Of a stretch of 64,000 bases of DNA, positions 1 through 8,561 are shown piece after piece; position 1 is the first letter of the stretch; every line of letters starts with the position of its first letter. Made by a program: the position numbers and the translations under genes. The notes beneath the pieces are model-generated. The model made no database searches. It worked only from the letters and a program-made list of their open reading frames with translations, and had not been told where the DNA came from. Source of the DNA: Acidobacteria bacterium 13_1_20CM_3_53_8. Its GTDB lineage: Bacteria > Acidobacteriota > Blastocatellia > Pyrinomonadales > Pyrinomonadaceae. The DNA is taken from assembly GCA_001920415.1 (NCBI GenBank), contig MNJR01000004.1, forward strand, positions 1,479 through 65,478, read 5' to 3'.

Positions 1-2
1 TC

Positions 3-1427
3 ACTCTGATCGGAACGAAGCACACCAGTGCGGGCGACTATCCGAGTGATGCCTGGAGCTTCGACGGCGGCACCAACTATCTGAGCGACAGCGGTACGGT
101 TCACGACGCGATCAGCAAGATCGACGCGACGATCACCGTAACGCCGTACGACGTGCCGTATAACGGCAACTCGCACACTGCCAGCGGCACGGCCACAGGC
201 GTGGGCGGCGCGGACTTGAGCGCCAGCCTGACGCTCACCGGCACGACGCACACCAACGCCAGCACGTACAATGGTGATGCTTGGAGCTTCTCCGGCGGCA
301 CCAACTACAACAACGCCAACGGCACCGTTGACGACAATATCAGCAAGGCTAACGCCAATTGCACAGTGACAGGTTACAGTGTGACCTACAACGGCAGCGC
401 TCACACAGCTACTGGTTCTTGCACAGGCGTGGGTGGTTCTGGCGATGTCCTTAGTGGGCTTGATCTGAGCGGGACAACGCATACCAATGCGGGGACTTAC
501 AACAATGATCCGTGGTCGTTCACTGCTGTCACTAGCAACTACAACAACACTAACGGAACGGTCAACGACAGCATCGGCAAGAAGAACGCGATGTGGACGA
601 CGAACGCTAACAGCAAATACTTCAGTGCAAATGATCCAAGCCCGCTTACAACAGGGTCGGGCAGCGGATTCCTCGCCGCTGACGGTGTGACAGCGACTTA
701 TAGCCGCACTGGTAGTCCAGGCGCAACGCTATCTCCAGTTGGCGGCTATCCGATTACCGCGACGCTAAGCGCCACGGGTTTATTGTCGAATTACAACATC
801 ACCAACGCTGGCGCGATATTCACCATCAACCCGGATCCGACAGCGATTGCGTTCAACGGTCCGGCAACTGCTTCGGTCTTCAACTGCAACCAGACCTACT
901 CGGCCACGCTGACTGACACGATCACCAACGCGGGGATTTCGGGCGTGTCGCTCACCTTGACGATTGGCACACAGTCGGTGACGGCTGCGACCAACGCGAG
1001 CGGTGTGGCTACGTTCACCGGCTTGGTGCTAACGGATCAGGGCAATACGCTGCCGGCGAATGTGCCTGAATCGGTCAGCATCACGACGAGCTGGACTGTG
1101 CCGAATACGTCGGCTCCGGCAACGCAGACGGGTTCGTTCACCATTACTCAGGACCCGAACATCGGCACCGGCAACACGGCGACTTCGCTCTACACGGGTC
1201 CCGGGTTCTTCTGGACGACGAGTCCGACCAGCAGCACGGCGACGCTGACGCTCAACGCCACGATCAGAGACACGGGCGTGTGCCTAGGCAACATCACGAA
1301 GGCGAAGGTTTCGTTCTACGTGAGCACGAACGACGGCACCTCATTCAGTCCAGTATCGAACGCACAGAACCTGCCGGTGGGTCTCGTGAATCCGCTGGAT
1401 CAAACCACGGGGACAGCAGGGTCGTAG
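3..1427 (+). CDS. Large surface/adhesin-like protein, 5'-truncated by the window edge; tandem MBG-type repeats followed by a Thr/Ser-rich Ig-like region
   Basis: The frame is open from nt 3 (TLIGTKHTSAGDYPSDAWSFDGGTNY...). There are three ~95-aa repeats, each with YNG(N/S)xHTA(S/T)G..GVGG..GTTHTNA(S/G)TYN.D.WSF. Stop TAG at 1425-1427. Confidence 0.7.
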   Translation, partial: TLIGTKHTSAGDYPSDAWSFDGGTNYLSDSGTVHDAISKIDATITVTPYDVPYNGNSHTASGTATGVGGADLSASLTLTGTTHTNASTYNGDAWSFSGGTNYNNANGTVDDNISKANANCTVTGYSVTYNGSAHTATGSCTGVGGSGDVLSGLDLSGTTHTNAGTYNNDPWSFTAVTSNYNNTNGTVNDSIGKKNAMWTTNANSKYFSANDPSPLTTGSGSGFLAADGVTATYSRTGSPGATLSPVGGYPITATLSATGLLSNYNITNAGAIFTINPDPTAIAFNGPATASVFNCNQTYSATLTDTITNAGISGVSLTLTIGTQSVTAATNASGVATFTGLVLTDQGNTLPANVPESVSITTSWTVPNTSAPATQTGSFTITQDPNIGTGNTATSLYTGPGFFWTTSPTSSTATLTLNATIRDTGVCLGNITKAKVSFYVSTNDGTSFSPVSNAQNLPVGLVNPLDQTTGTAGS

Positions 1428-2149
1428 GGGGCGGCGATTACCTTTCCAACACCGCTGACTTCGACGTGCCGGTTGTGGTCGCCATCCCCGGTCAGCCGAA
1501 CACACTGACCGCCGGAGGCAAGCTGGGCAACGATGCCTTTAGCCTAGCGAGTGTGATTGGGGCGAAGTACTTTGCCAACGGCTATCTAGGTGCCGGTGAC
1601 GGCACCACGGATGGCGTTAGCACGGGCGCTCTGCTAAACGGTGCAGTGAGCTTTGCGGGCTTCGTGCAATGCAACAACAACAAGTGCACGAATCCGCAGG
1701 GTCAGATCGATGCCAATATCAACACCTATAATAGGTTTGACGGCACGTTTGACACGACCGTCCACCACTACTTCATCAAGTCGAACTCCATCTCGAATTG
1801 GGGCACTACAACCACCAATTCAGGAATATTCAGCGCGAAGACGAATGTGTATGAGACGACTGGCGGTTCGCGGACGGGCATTGACGGCGGCGGCACGATG
1901 CAGATGGTCTTTGCCAACCCAGGTGGCTCGTACACCTACACGCAGATCAATGGTGGCAGGGGCAGCGTCACGCTCACATGCCCAACAACAGCAACAAACG
2001 GCTGTGCGTCAATCATCATCTACCGGTCGAACACGCTCGGCGGTGGTGTCTGGTTCACAAGCGCTTGGGGGCCGATTGCAGCAGGCGACCTGCCGCAGAC
2101 GATCTTGAAGGCAATGCTGCCGGGCGGCACGATCTCGTTCACCAAATAA
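1424..2149 (+). CDS. Probable C-terminal part of the same surface protein, read in the -1 frame (frameshift, sequencing indel, or a separate ORF with an unclear start)
   Basis: The second frame gives protein-like sequence only from about nt 1424 (VVGGGDYLSNTADFDVPVVVAIPGQPNTLTAGG...ISFTK*). Upstream of that the same frame is Arg-rich nonsense. There is no ATG and no signal peptide near the junction; GTG codons lie at 1466 and 1475. Confidence 0.4.
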   Translation, partial: VGGGDYLSNTADFDVPVVVAIPGQPNTLTAGGKLGNDAFSLASVIGAKYFANGYLGAGDGTTDGVSTGALLNGAVSFAGFVQCNNNKCTNPQGQIDANINTYNRFDGTFDTTVHHYFIKSNSISNWGTTTTNSGIFSAKTNVYETTGGSRTGIDGGGTMQMVFANPGGSYTYTQINGGRGSVTLTCPTTATNGCASIIIYRSNTLGGGVWFTSAWGPIAAGDLPQTILKAMLPGGTISFTK

Positions 2150-2196
2150 CCAAGCGGGGTGTCTAACATCCCCGTTCACTAACAACGCAACACGCG

Positions 2197-2223
2197 AACC
2201 GGTCCCGCTTCGGGACCGGTTCG
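2197..2223 (+). terminator. GC-rich hairpin downstream of the adhesin-like gene
   Basis: gaaccggtcccg / ctt / cgggaccggttc, a perfect 12-bp stem located 48 nt after the stop codon. Confidence 0.55.
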
Positions 2224-2280
2224 ACTTAAGCTCGATAACTGCGTTGCGAAGCGCGGCCAAAAGAGATCAACCTTCAATAG

Positions 2281-2316
2281 AAAGAGCGTCGCTTGAATTC
2301 AAGCGACGCTCTTTCT
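2281..2316. terminator. Perfect 36-bp palindrome between convergent genes; likely a bidirectional terminator
   Basis: gaaagagcgtcgcttgaa|ttcaagcgacgctctttc followed by tgtttt. It lies between the adhesin-like gene (+) and the S8 protease gene (-). Confidence 0.6.
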
Positions 2317-2387
2317 GTTTTAAGAGCATCACGAAAAGAAGCGGCGGTCAGTTTTACGGATCACCCGCGCTTCCTCTATAGCGACTC

Positions 2388-4382
2388 TTACTTGTTACTG
2401 ACCGTCAGCGAGACGGTCGTGGTGCGCCGTAGAGAGCCGCCGACGCACGTCACCGTTAATGTGTAGGTTCCTCTTTGCGTGTTTGAGCTGGTACCGACCG
2501 TCAAGACGGACGAACCCGAAGTGTTCACGGATGTCGGGCTGAAGCTGGCAGTAGCGCCAGCGGGCAACCCACTGACACTCAGCGTGACTACCCCGTTGAA
2601 TCCGCCGGAGCCTGCTACGTTGATGCTATAAGAGGTCTGCGCCCCACGCTTGACTGTCTGCGACGAGGGTGTGGCCGAGAGCGCGAAGTTGGGGTTGTTT
2701 ACGGTCAGCGAGACGGTCGCGCTATGTTGCAGGCCGCCGCCGTTGCCAGTAATCGTCAGCGAGTAAGTGCCCAGAGGCGTCGAGTTGCTCGTGACCACAG
2801 TCATGGTTGACGTGCCCGAAGTGTTCACTGACGCCGGACTGAAGCTGGCAGTAGCGCCAGCGGGCAGGCCGCTAACACTGAAGTTCACATCACCGTTAAA
2901 CCCGACGTAGGAAGCGACGCTCACGTTGAAGCTGGTCTGTGTCCCGACCAAAACTGTTTGCCCTGCGGGGCCAGCCGAAATAGAGAAGTCCGGGTGATTG
3001 CAGGCCGTGAGCGCATTGTTGACGTTGAGCCTCCCACCCGTGATAGTCGCGCTCGCCAGGGCGGGGATGAAGTCAACATTGTCGAGCAGCGTGCTCTTGA
3101 GTCGCGTCGTGTCGAGCGTGCAGCGCGAGAGCAGCAGCGCCGCCGCGCCCGAAACGTGCGGGGTCGCCATAGAAGTCCCGCTATAATAGCCGTAGCTAGC
3201 GCCCCTGATGGTTGAAAGTATGTTAACGCCGGGCGCGCCAAGGTGAACTGTGGAGACACCGTAATTAGAGAACGAGGCGAGTTGATCGTTCGGGTCGGTA
3301 GCCGAGACGGCGATCATGTTGGGCGCGTTGTAGCTGGCCGGATAGAAAGGGTCCGCGTCGTTGTTGCTGCTGTAGTTGCCCGCCGCGGCGACGAAGAGCA
3401 TGTCGTTAGAGCTGGCCCTCTCGATCTCATCAAGTAGGGACTGCGAAAAGCCCCCGCCGCCCCAACTGTTCGAGAGCACGCGCACGTTCGCGCCCGCAGT
3501 GCCTGCGAAGACTTGCTTCGCCTGAACTGCGAACTCTATCGCGTTGACGGCGTCGGAGATCGTCCCGCCCCCACCCGAGTTCAAGAACTTTAGGCCTATG
3601 ATGCTCGCTCTCTGATTAACTCCTACCACGCCGACCGAGTTATTGCCGAGCGCGCCTATAGTGCCCGAGACGTGCGTACCGTGGTTGTGGTCGTCCATCG
3701 GGTCGCAACTCATAGTAATGGCGTTGAAGCCGTGCGTGCCTTGGGCGCAGGTGATTGATTGGCCGCCTATAGTAACCGTGAACGATGATGGGGCGGACCA
3801 GACGTTTGCTGCTAAGTCTGGATGCGTGTAGTCAATGCCTGTGTCCACTACCGCGACTACGTTGTTCGCCGAGCCTGTCGTCACGTCCCACGCGCGCGCG
3901 ACACCTATGTCCGCACCAGGGACGCCGCTCGCACCTTGAACGCTCTGCCCATTGTTCTGTAGTCCCCAGAGATTGGGGAAGTCCGGGTCGTCGGGCACGG
4001 TGTCTGCGGAGACTATGTAATCCGGCTCTGCATACAAGACATCAACGCGCGCGGACATCTCTGCCAGCAGCGCCACTGTGCTCTTACTGGAAGAGTGAAA
4101 CAGGTGTACACCCGTGCCGCCAACGCGGTGCACGTCATCGGCGCCCACTTCCTGCCGCGCTTGATCCAAAGCGTTGGGCGTGGTGCGACTGCGGAACTTG
4201 ACCAACACGTTGCCAGCGACGGCCTCGTGCCCGTTAATAACTTCTGTGCGGCGCGGCTCATCGGGAAGCTGGGCCTGAGATGATGCCGTGCGGACTATGA
4301 ACAAGGTGCTTGAAAAGAGACACGCGACAATCAGCAGTAAACGCAGTTCGACCCTGCGGGCAACGACGTTACGACAAAACAT
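2388..4382 (-). CDS. Secreted subtilisin-like serine protease (peptidase S8) with an I9-type propeptide and two C-terminal Ig-like repeat domains
   Basis: Catalytic triad motifs VVDTGIDYTHPDL, HGTHVSGTIG and GTSMATPHVSGAAALL. An N-terminal hydrophobic signal is present. Two ~100-aa C-terminal repeats each contain SGLPAGATASFSP.SVNTSG. Confidence 0.95.
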   Translation of the reverse strand: MFCRNVVARRVELRLLLIVACLFSSTLFIVRTASSQAQLPDEPRRTEVINGHEAVAGNVLVKFRSRTTPNALDQARQEVGADDVHRVGGTGVHLFHSSSKSTVALLAEMSARVDVLYAEPDYIVSADTVPDDPDFPNLWGLQNNGQSVQGASGVPGADIGVARAWDVTTGSANNVVAVVDTGIDYTHPDLAANVWSAPSSFTVTIGGQSITCAQGTHGFNAITMSCDPMDDHNHGTHVSGTIGALGNNSVGVVGVNQRASIIGLKFLNSGGGGTISDAVNAIEFAVQAKQVFAGTAGANVRVLSNSWGGGGFSQSLLDEIERASSNDMLFVAAAGNYSSNNDADPFYPASYNAPNMIAVSATDPNDQLASFSNYGVSTVHLGAPGVNILSTIRGASYGYYSGTSMATPHVSGAAALLLSRCTLDTTRLKSTLLDNVDFIPALASATITGGRLNVNNALTACNHPDFSISAGPAGQTVLVGTQTSFNVSVASYVGFNGDVNFSVSGLPAGATASFSPASVNTSGTSTMTVVTSNSTPLGTYSLTITGNGGGLQHSATVSLTVNNPNFALSATPSSQTVKRGAQTSYSINVAGSGGFNGVVTLSVSGLPAGATASFSPTSVNTSGSSVLTVGTSSNTQRGTYTLTVTCVGGSLRRTTTVSLTVSNK

Positions 4383-4915
4383 AGTTTTCCCTTCCTTGCT
4401 TGAAGGAGATTTGAAATATCTGTAGGGCTAAGGGTTTGGGGCGAAGGAACGCGCGGGGGCGAGGGAGCGTCAGGCTGCCGTACAACTTTTCATGCAGCCT
4501 GCCCGGATGACGAGCAAAGACCGTGCCGCAATGTTCTCTTGTCTATAATTGAATGCGAGGGAGGGCGTGTCCCTATAATTACAATAATAATTTTCCCGGA
4601 ATCCTGCAACATAAATTTGCGCGCATGGGTGCGCACGCAATTTGCCACGGCAAACTGGAAGGGTTGAGGCACAACGCCGCTGCATTGTTTTATTTCATTC
4701 TTGCGAGATGATTATTTTCATCTTGCTTTAGAACAATACGCCCGTCGGCAGGTTAATAGTATTTGAAAAGTTGATACGGCGAACAGTCGCTAGAAACTTT
4801 TCCTAATGAATTAAGCGCAGACGGGCTTTTCACAAAGGCATGCTCGCGTTATCTTGTTTCAGGCAGAAGAGGCGCGAAACTGGATTCTGTCAGCCGTGAA
4901 GAGTAGGTGAGGCGA

Positions 4916-5305
4916 ATGGCATTAAAGAAAACCATAATGGTTGTTGAGGACAACGAGGATACGCGCGAGCTTCTGCGACTTCATCTGGAGCGGAAGGGCT
5001 ACAAGATACTTGAAGCAGACAACGGCGCACAGGCTGTTGAGCGCGCCGCGCGCGAGCGGCTGGACTTAATCATCCTGGACTTAAGTATGCCCGTGATGGA
5101 CGGCATAGAGGCGGCTGGCAGAATAAGAGAGATGAAACATTTGAAGGAGACGCCAATAATCATTATCAGCGCGCACGGCAATCTTGCCATCAAGCTCTTT
5201 GTAAGCGATAACGTGGCGTCCGCCGGCCCCATTCTTTATCTTCCAAAGCCATTCGAGTGGCCCAACTTCGACCAACTCCTCGCGGACATTCTTCCAGCCG
5301 TATAA
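4916..5305 (+). CDS. Single-domain response regulator (CheY-like receiver)
   Basis: IMVVEDNEDTRELL...LDLIILDLSMPVMDGIEA...TPIIIISAHG. I prefer the ATG at 4916, which is preceded by aggtgagg, over the GTG at 4907. Confidence 0.9.
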   Translation: MALKKTIMVVEDNEDTRELLRLHLERKGYKILEADNGAQAVERAARERLDLIILDLSMPVMDGIEAAGRIREMKHLKETPIIIISAHGNLAIKLFVSDNVASAGPILYLPKPFEWPNFDQLLADILPAV

Positions 5306-5356
5306 GCTCAACGTGAGATTGATATAAGACGAAGTACGAGCAAGTGAATTATCCAC

Positions 5357-5506
5357 TATAGCGGTTCTCACTTGAATGCGACTCATGTCAGTACCGCCTG
5401 CGGTAGCGGGCGGGTCGTAGCCGCACCGATACCCGCCCGCTACCGCAGGCGGTACTGACCTGCATGCCTTGATCAGAGTGGTCGCACCCAAGTGAGAACC
5501 GCTATA
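5357..5506. repeat. 150-bp MITE-like element with 18-bp perfect terminal inverted repeats, carrying the family-A palindrome
   Basis: The inverted repeats are tatagcggttctcacttg (5357-5374) and caagtgagaaccgctata (5489-5506). The flanks read atccac| and |aaccac. Confidence 0.5.
5387..5459. repeat. Family-A GC-rich palindrome, copy 1 (28-bp arms, 17-nt loop)
   Basis: gtcagtaccgcctgcggtagcgggcggg (5387-5414) pairs with cccgcccgctaccgcaggcggtactgac (5432-5459). The arms are identical to those of the copy at 32992-33144. Confidence 0.85.
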
Positions 5507-5623
5507 AACCACACTAAACAACACGAAGAGAAGAATTCGTTTAGTGTAGTTTCGTGTGATGCGCGTGGATAGTTCTATCCCTTTCTTCTTTCTCTCTTAC
5601 GTCGAACTCACGTTAAGCTTCGG

Positions 5624-8260
5624 TCATTCGTCGTGCGGATGGCGTAGTCGCTGGGCTAACGTGCGTATGACGCCTGCTGCTATGGATGGGTCTGCGTTGA
5701 GCGCGTTGCGGAAGGCTTCGCCGCCCAGGCGCAACACATGCGCGCCATGTTCAGATGCGCGCAAGGTCGCAGAGCGCGGCGCGGGGTCTAACACTGCTAG
5801 CTCTCCTATAAAACCTCCGGCCACTTCGCTATTGACCATCTTTTCGCCGAGGCCATCGCGCAACATTACATTGACCTCGCCAGACAATATTATGAAGACT
5901 TCGTTGCCCTCTTCGCCCTCCATGCAGAGCGCCTGACCTGCTGCGTATTCATCTTCACGCGAAGCTCGCGCAAGCTCTGCAAGCGCCCCCGGCCCTAATG
6001 ATGAGAAGATAGGCGCGCTCCTCAGTGCAATCATCTTCTCGACCGTGATGAGATGGTCATGAGCGCCAACCGTGTCCGCACCCATTTCCGCTCTCTCCTT
6101 CAGATGCGCCGCAGTCTCACGCACAAGCTCGTGCTCGTCTCCAAGCATCCTGACTAGAATCTTCGTGTCAGCCGCGCCGCGCTCGCCCAGCGCGTAAAGA
6201 GCAACGGCGCGAACGTAAGGGTCAACGCTGTGTGTACGCTGGGCGAGCGTGTCCGTCATCGTAGGCAGCGACGATTCCGCCAAAGACGTTTCGCGGTATG
6301 CGGCCAAGAGCTTGTCTGCTATAGCCTGCGGCAGACTCGCGCGCAACTGCTCTATGACAGAGACGCGCTCACTCTCTTCCGGGCTGCAGAGTCCTGCGCG
6401 CAAACTTATGGCTTCTTCCTCTTCGAGCGAAAAGCTCAGGCCGCGCGCGAGTATTTCTACGGAATGTGCGCGGCGACGGCGCAACAAGTCTTTCAGAAAA
6501 TCGTGCGTGGGCGACTTTTGTAGATCAAGCACCTGCATGGTCTTTGCCGCTCGCTCGACCGTAGCAATCTCTTCAGCGAGTCGCGCGGCCAATCCGCGCG
6601 AGCCGCCCAACAGATCGTCCAGCACAGCCGCGTGCTCTTCTTCCGTCACGCGGTATTCCGAGCGCAACTGCCGAACGAAACTATCGTCTGCGTTACCGTC
6701 CGCCGCAAGAATTTTTCCTAAAAATTGTTCTAACGCGCGCGAGTAGGTCGCCAATTGCAAACGCTTCTCCACAGTGACCTGTCTGGCCGGATCGCTTAGC
6801 AGCGCTCGATCTTCATCGGCGAGCGCGGCCATCACCTTATCGTGATCCGATTTCTTAATCTGCAACTGGTTGCGCAAAGATTCCAGAAGATGAACCTCTT
6901 CGCGCGTCACGAACCCGTTGGCAAGAGTCTCGCGCACGGCCTCTTTGTAAATCTCTATGGTCTGCGCAGCGCCGCGCGCATTCTCGCGTGAGCGTATGGT
7001 GTGAATCAGGAAAGCTTCATGAAGGTCACGCGGCGGCTGCATGTCATCCCAAATCCAGCGGCGCAGGATGCTGCGAGCCAGCGTCTCTTCCGCGAAATCT
7101 TTGGATTGACGGCGCACGCGGCGCGCTAGCGTGAGCGTTGCGGTGAGCGCGATCAGGATTAGAAAGAGATGCGGGATAGCCCAGGGGAGTTTCCATAGCG
7201 TAGGCGCGCCAGCGAAAGTGTAGAAAGTTAGAAAAGCCGTGAAAGCAGCAATAGAGAAAGTCACATGGCGAACTCTCTGCGCGTCCCCGTCCGTTTCGCG
7301 CCTGCGCAAATAAGCGCCTATGAAAATCTGAAGCCATGAGAAGAGAAGAAAGCTCAGAAGCGCGCAGACGGCCAGCGTTAAAACGGATGCGAGCGAGCGC
7401 GGCATCCCCTGCATGAAGAAGAAGCCAGCCGTCTCCGAATCTCGCCCCGGCAAAAATGCAGTCCAGATGATGCCCGGTTGATTCACCCATGCACCGCTAT
7501 AACCTTCGACGCGCGTGAAGTAGTAGCTCCAAGTGCCCGCTTGCAGGTAGTAGTAGAAATAGAAGCCGAAGACCAGACCGGGAAATGCGTAATAGACGAA
7601 TCGCTTCGCTGTGAGATTAATCTCTTTCCAGTAGCCATTCTCTTCATTGATATCCGGGCACGCGTGCTTGCATGCCGTGCACTTCTCGCATTGCGAGTTC
7701 AAGGTGGTGCGAAGCCCGTGCGGTTCTGTGTAAATCTTTTCGATGAAAGAGACAGGACAAAAGTAGTTGCACCATGTCTTGCCAGTGTAGAGCGCGCCTG
7801 TGACGAGCGCCGCAAGCGAGATTATGATGAAGAAGATGCTGATGCTCGCGCCGCTTCCGTTCGTAGCAATAAGACGCAGCCAGAGCGAGAAGAAGAAGAC
7901 CGCGAACGAGACGTAATAATAGTTTCTCTCAAGCCACTCGGAAGCTTTGAGCGTTCCCGGTCGGCGCAACATCACAGGGATTTGCGAGAAGAACGCGAGC
8001 GGGCAGATGCGCCGCCAGCGATGATAGCCAATGAGAACTATGAAGAGCGGCAGCGCGGCTATCATTACAGTCCACACCACGCGCCCCGCGAAGCGTTGCA
8101 CGAAAAAGGCGAAGACGGGAAGAACGACGAAGACCGCGAGCGCAACCCATCTGATAGGCTCGACCCATTGCTCGTTGTCGGTCTCCGTTTGCGATTGCCC
8201 CGCCAACGGCAGCGTTCGCGCGGTCGGCGCGGCGGGCATTCTGGGGGATGCTACGGCCAT
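5624..8260 (-). CDS. Multi-pass membrane protein with NapH/YccM-like 4Fe-4S cysteine motifs, fused to a helical/HEAT-repeat region and a C-terminal cyclic-nucleotide-binding domain
   Basis: Cysteine motifs RRICPLAFF, GKTWCNYFCPVSF and CEKCTACKHACPD sit among TM helices. A HEAT-like stretch reads DPYVRAVALYALGERG...LGDEHELVRETAA. The cNMP domain reads GEEGNEVFIILSGEV...FIGELAVLDPAPRSATLRA. Confidence 0.8.
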   Translation of the reverse strand: MAVASPRMPAAPTARTLPLAGQSQTETDNEQWVEPIRWVALAVFVVLPVFAFFVQRFAGRVVWTVMIAALPLFIVLIGYHRWRRICPLAFFSQIPVMLRRPGTLKASEWLERNYYYVSFAVFFFSLWLRLIATNGSGASISIFFIIISLAALVTGALYTGKTWCNYFCPVSFIEKIYTEPHGLRTTLNSQCEKCTACKHACPDINEENGYWKEINLTAKRFVYYAFPGLVFGFYFYYYLQAGTWSYYFTRVEGYSGAWVNQPGIIWTAFLPGRDSETAGFFFMQGMPRSLASVLTLAVCALLSFLLFSWLQIFIGAYLRRRETDGDAQRVRHVTFSIAAFTAFLTFYTFAGAPTLWKLPWAIPHLFLILIALTATLTLARRVRRQSKDFAEETLARSILRRWIWDDMQPPRDLHEAFLIHTIRSRENARGAAQTIEIYKEAVRETLANGFVTREEVHLLESLRNQLQIKKSDHDKVMAALADEDRALLSDPARQVTVEKRLQLATYSRALEQFLGKILAADGNADDSFVRQLRSEYRVTEEEHAAVLDDLLGGSRGLAARLAEEIATVERAAKTMQVLDLQKSPTHDFLKDLLRRRRAHSVEILARGLSFSLEEEEAISLRAGLCSPEESERVSVIEQLRASLPQAIADKLLAAYRETSLAESSLPTMTDTLAQRTHSVDPYVRAVALYALGERGAADTKILVRMLGDEHELVRETAAHLKERAEMGADTVGAHDHLITVEKMIALRSAPIFSSLGPGALAELARASREDEYAAGQALCMEGEEGNEVFIILSGEVNVMLRDGLGEKMVNSEVAGGFIGELAVLDPAPRSATLRASEHGAHVLRLGGEAFRNALNADPSIAAGVIRTLAQRLRHPHDE

Positions 8261-8311
8261 AGATTAAGTTTCAAGCTAGAAAAGTTTTTAACTCACGCTG
8301 CGCAGCAAAAA

Positions 8312-8528
8312 TTTTAAGCCGTCGAAGACGGCGACAGAATAAAGCCCAGCGCGTGAGCGCTGGGTAAGTATGCCAGTTAAGTTTATCAAAGCCCGCGTGA
8401 GCGGGCGACAGAGCGAGATAATCAAAAGGGCTGTCGCTATCTTCGATAGCTCTCTTTATTACTCTCTGACGCTAACCCGGCGCTTACGCACCGGGCTTTA
8501 TGCTGTCGCCGTCTTCGACGGCTTAAAA
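8312..8528. repeat. 217-bp composite palindromic element with ~53-bp terminal inverted repeats (REP/MITE-like)
   Basis: The left end ttttaagccgtcgaagacggcgacagaataaagcccagcgcgtgagcgctggg matches the reverse complement of the right end cccggcgcttacgcaccgggctttatgctgtcgccgtcttcgacggcttaaaa. A third copy of the AAAGCCC..GTGA..GGG mini-hairpin lies at 8388-8406. Confidence 0.75.
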
Positions 8529-8561
8529 CCATAATTTGCGTAAGGTGAGCTTTCTAATTTC

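Larger units (their letters stand above)
5349..5570. repeat. Family-B-like hairpin (ATCCAC..CACACTAAAC..ACACGAA / TTCG..GTGTGAT..GTGGAT) interrupted by an inserted element
   Basis: The left end ttatccac (5349-5356) and the right part aaccacactaaacaacacgaa...ttcgtttagtgtagtttcgtgtgatgcgcgtggat (5507-5570) resemble the intact family-B copies at 11267, 34121 and 49061. Confidence 0.5.

Noticed and set aside
1280-1423. The 5' part of the 1280-2149 ORF as given in the ORF track (MPRQHHEGEGFVLREHERRH...)
   Set aside because: This stretch is the alternative frame of the adhesin-like gene and has Arg/His/Glu-rich nonsense composition. Only the part from about 1424 onward looks like real protein.
4633-4647. 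Possible sigma-54 promoter on the minus strand upstream of the S8 protease (TGGCAAATTGCGTGC, GG-N10-GC spacing)
   Set aside because: The -12 element is GTGC rather than TTGC(A/T), and the site is about 250 nt from the start codon. A single weak match is expected by chance in 64 kb. It is noted only because a sigma-54 activator is encoded in the window.
5081-5524. 147-aa minus-strand ORF, and the 75-aa ORF at 33019-33246, both containing '..PPATAGGTD..' / '..VPPAVAGGY..'
   Set aside because: These peptides are simply translations of the family-A palindrome arms, and the first ORF is also antisense to the response-regulator gene. There is no ribosome-binding site and no protein-like composition outside the repeat.
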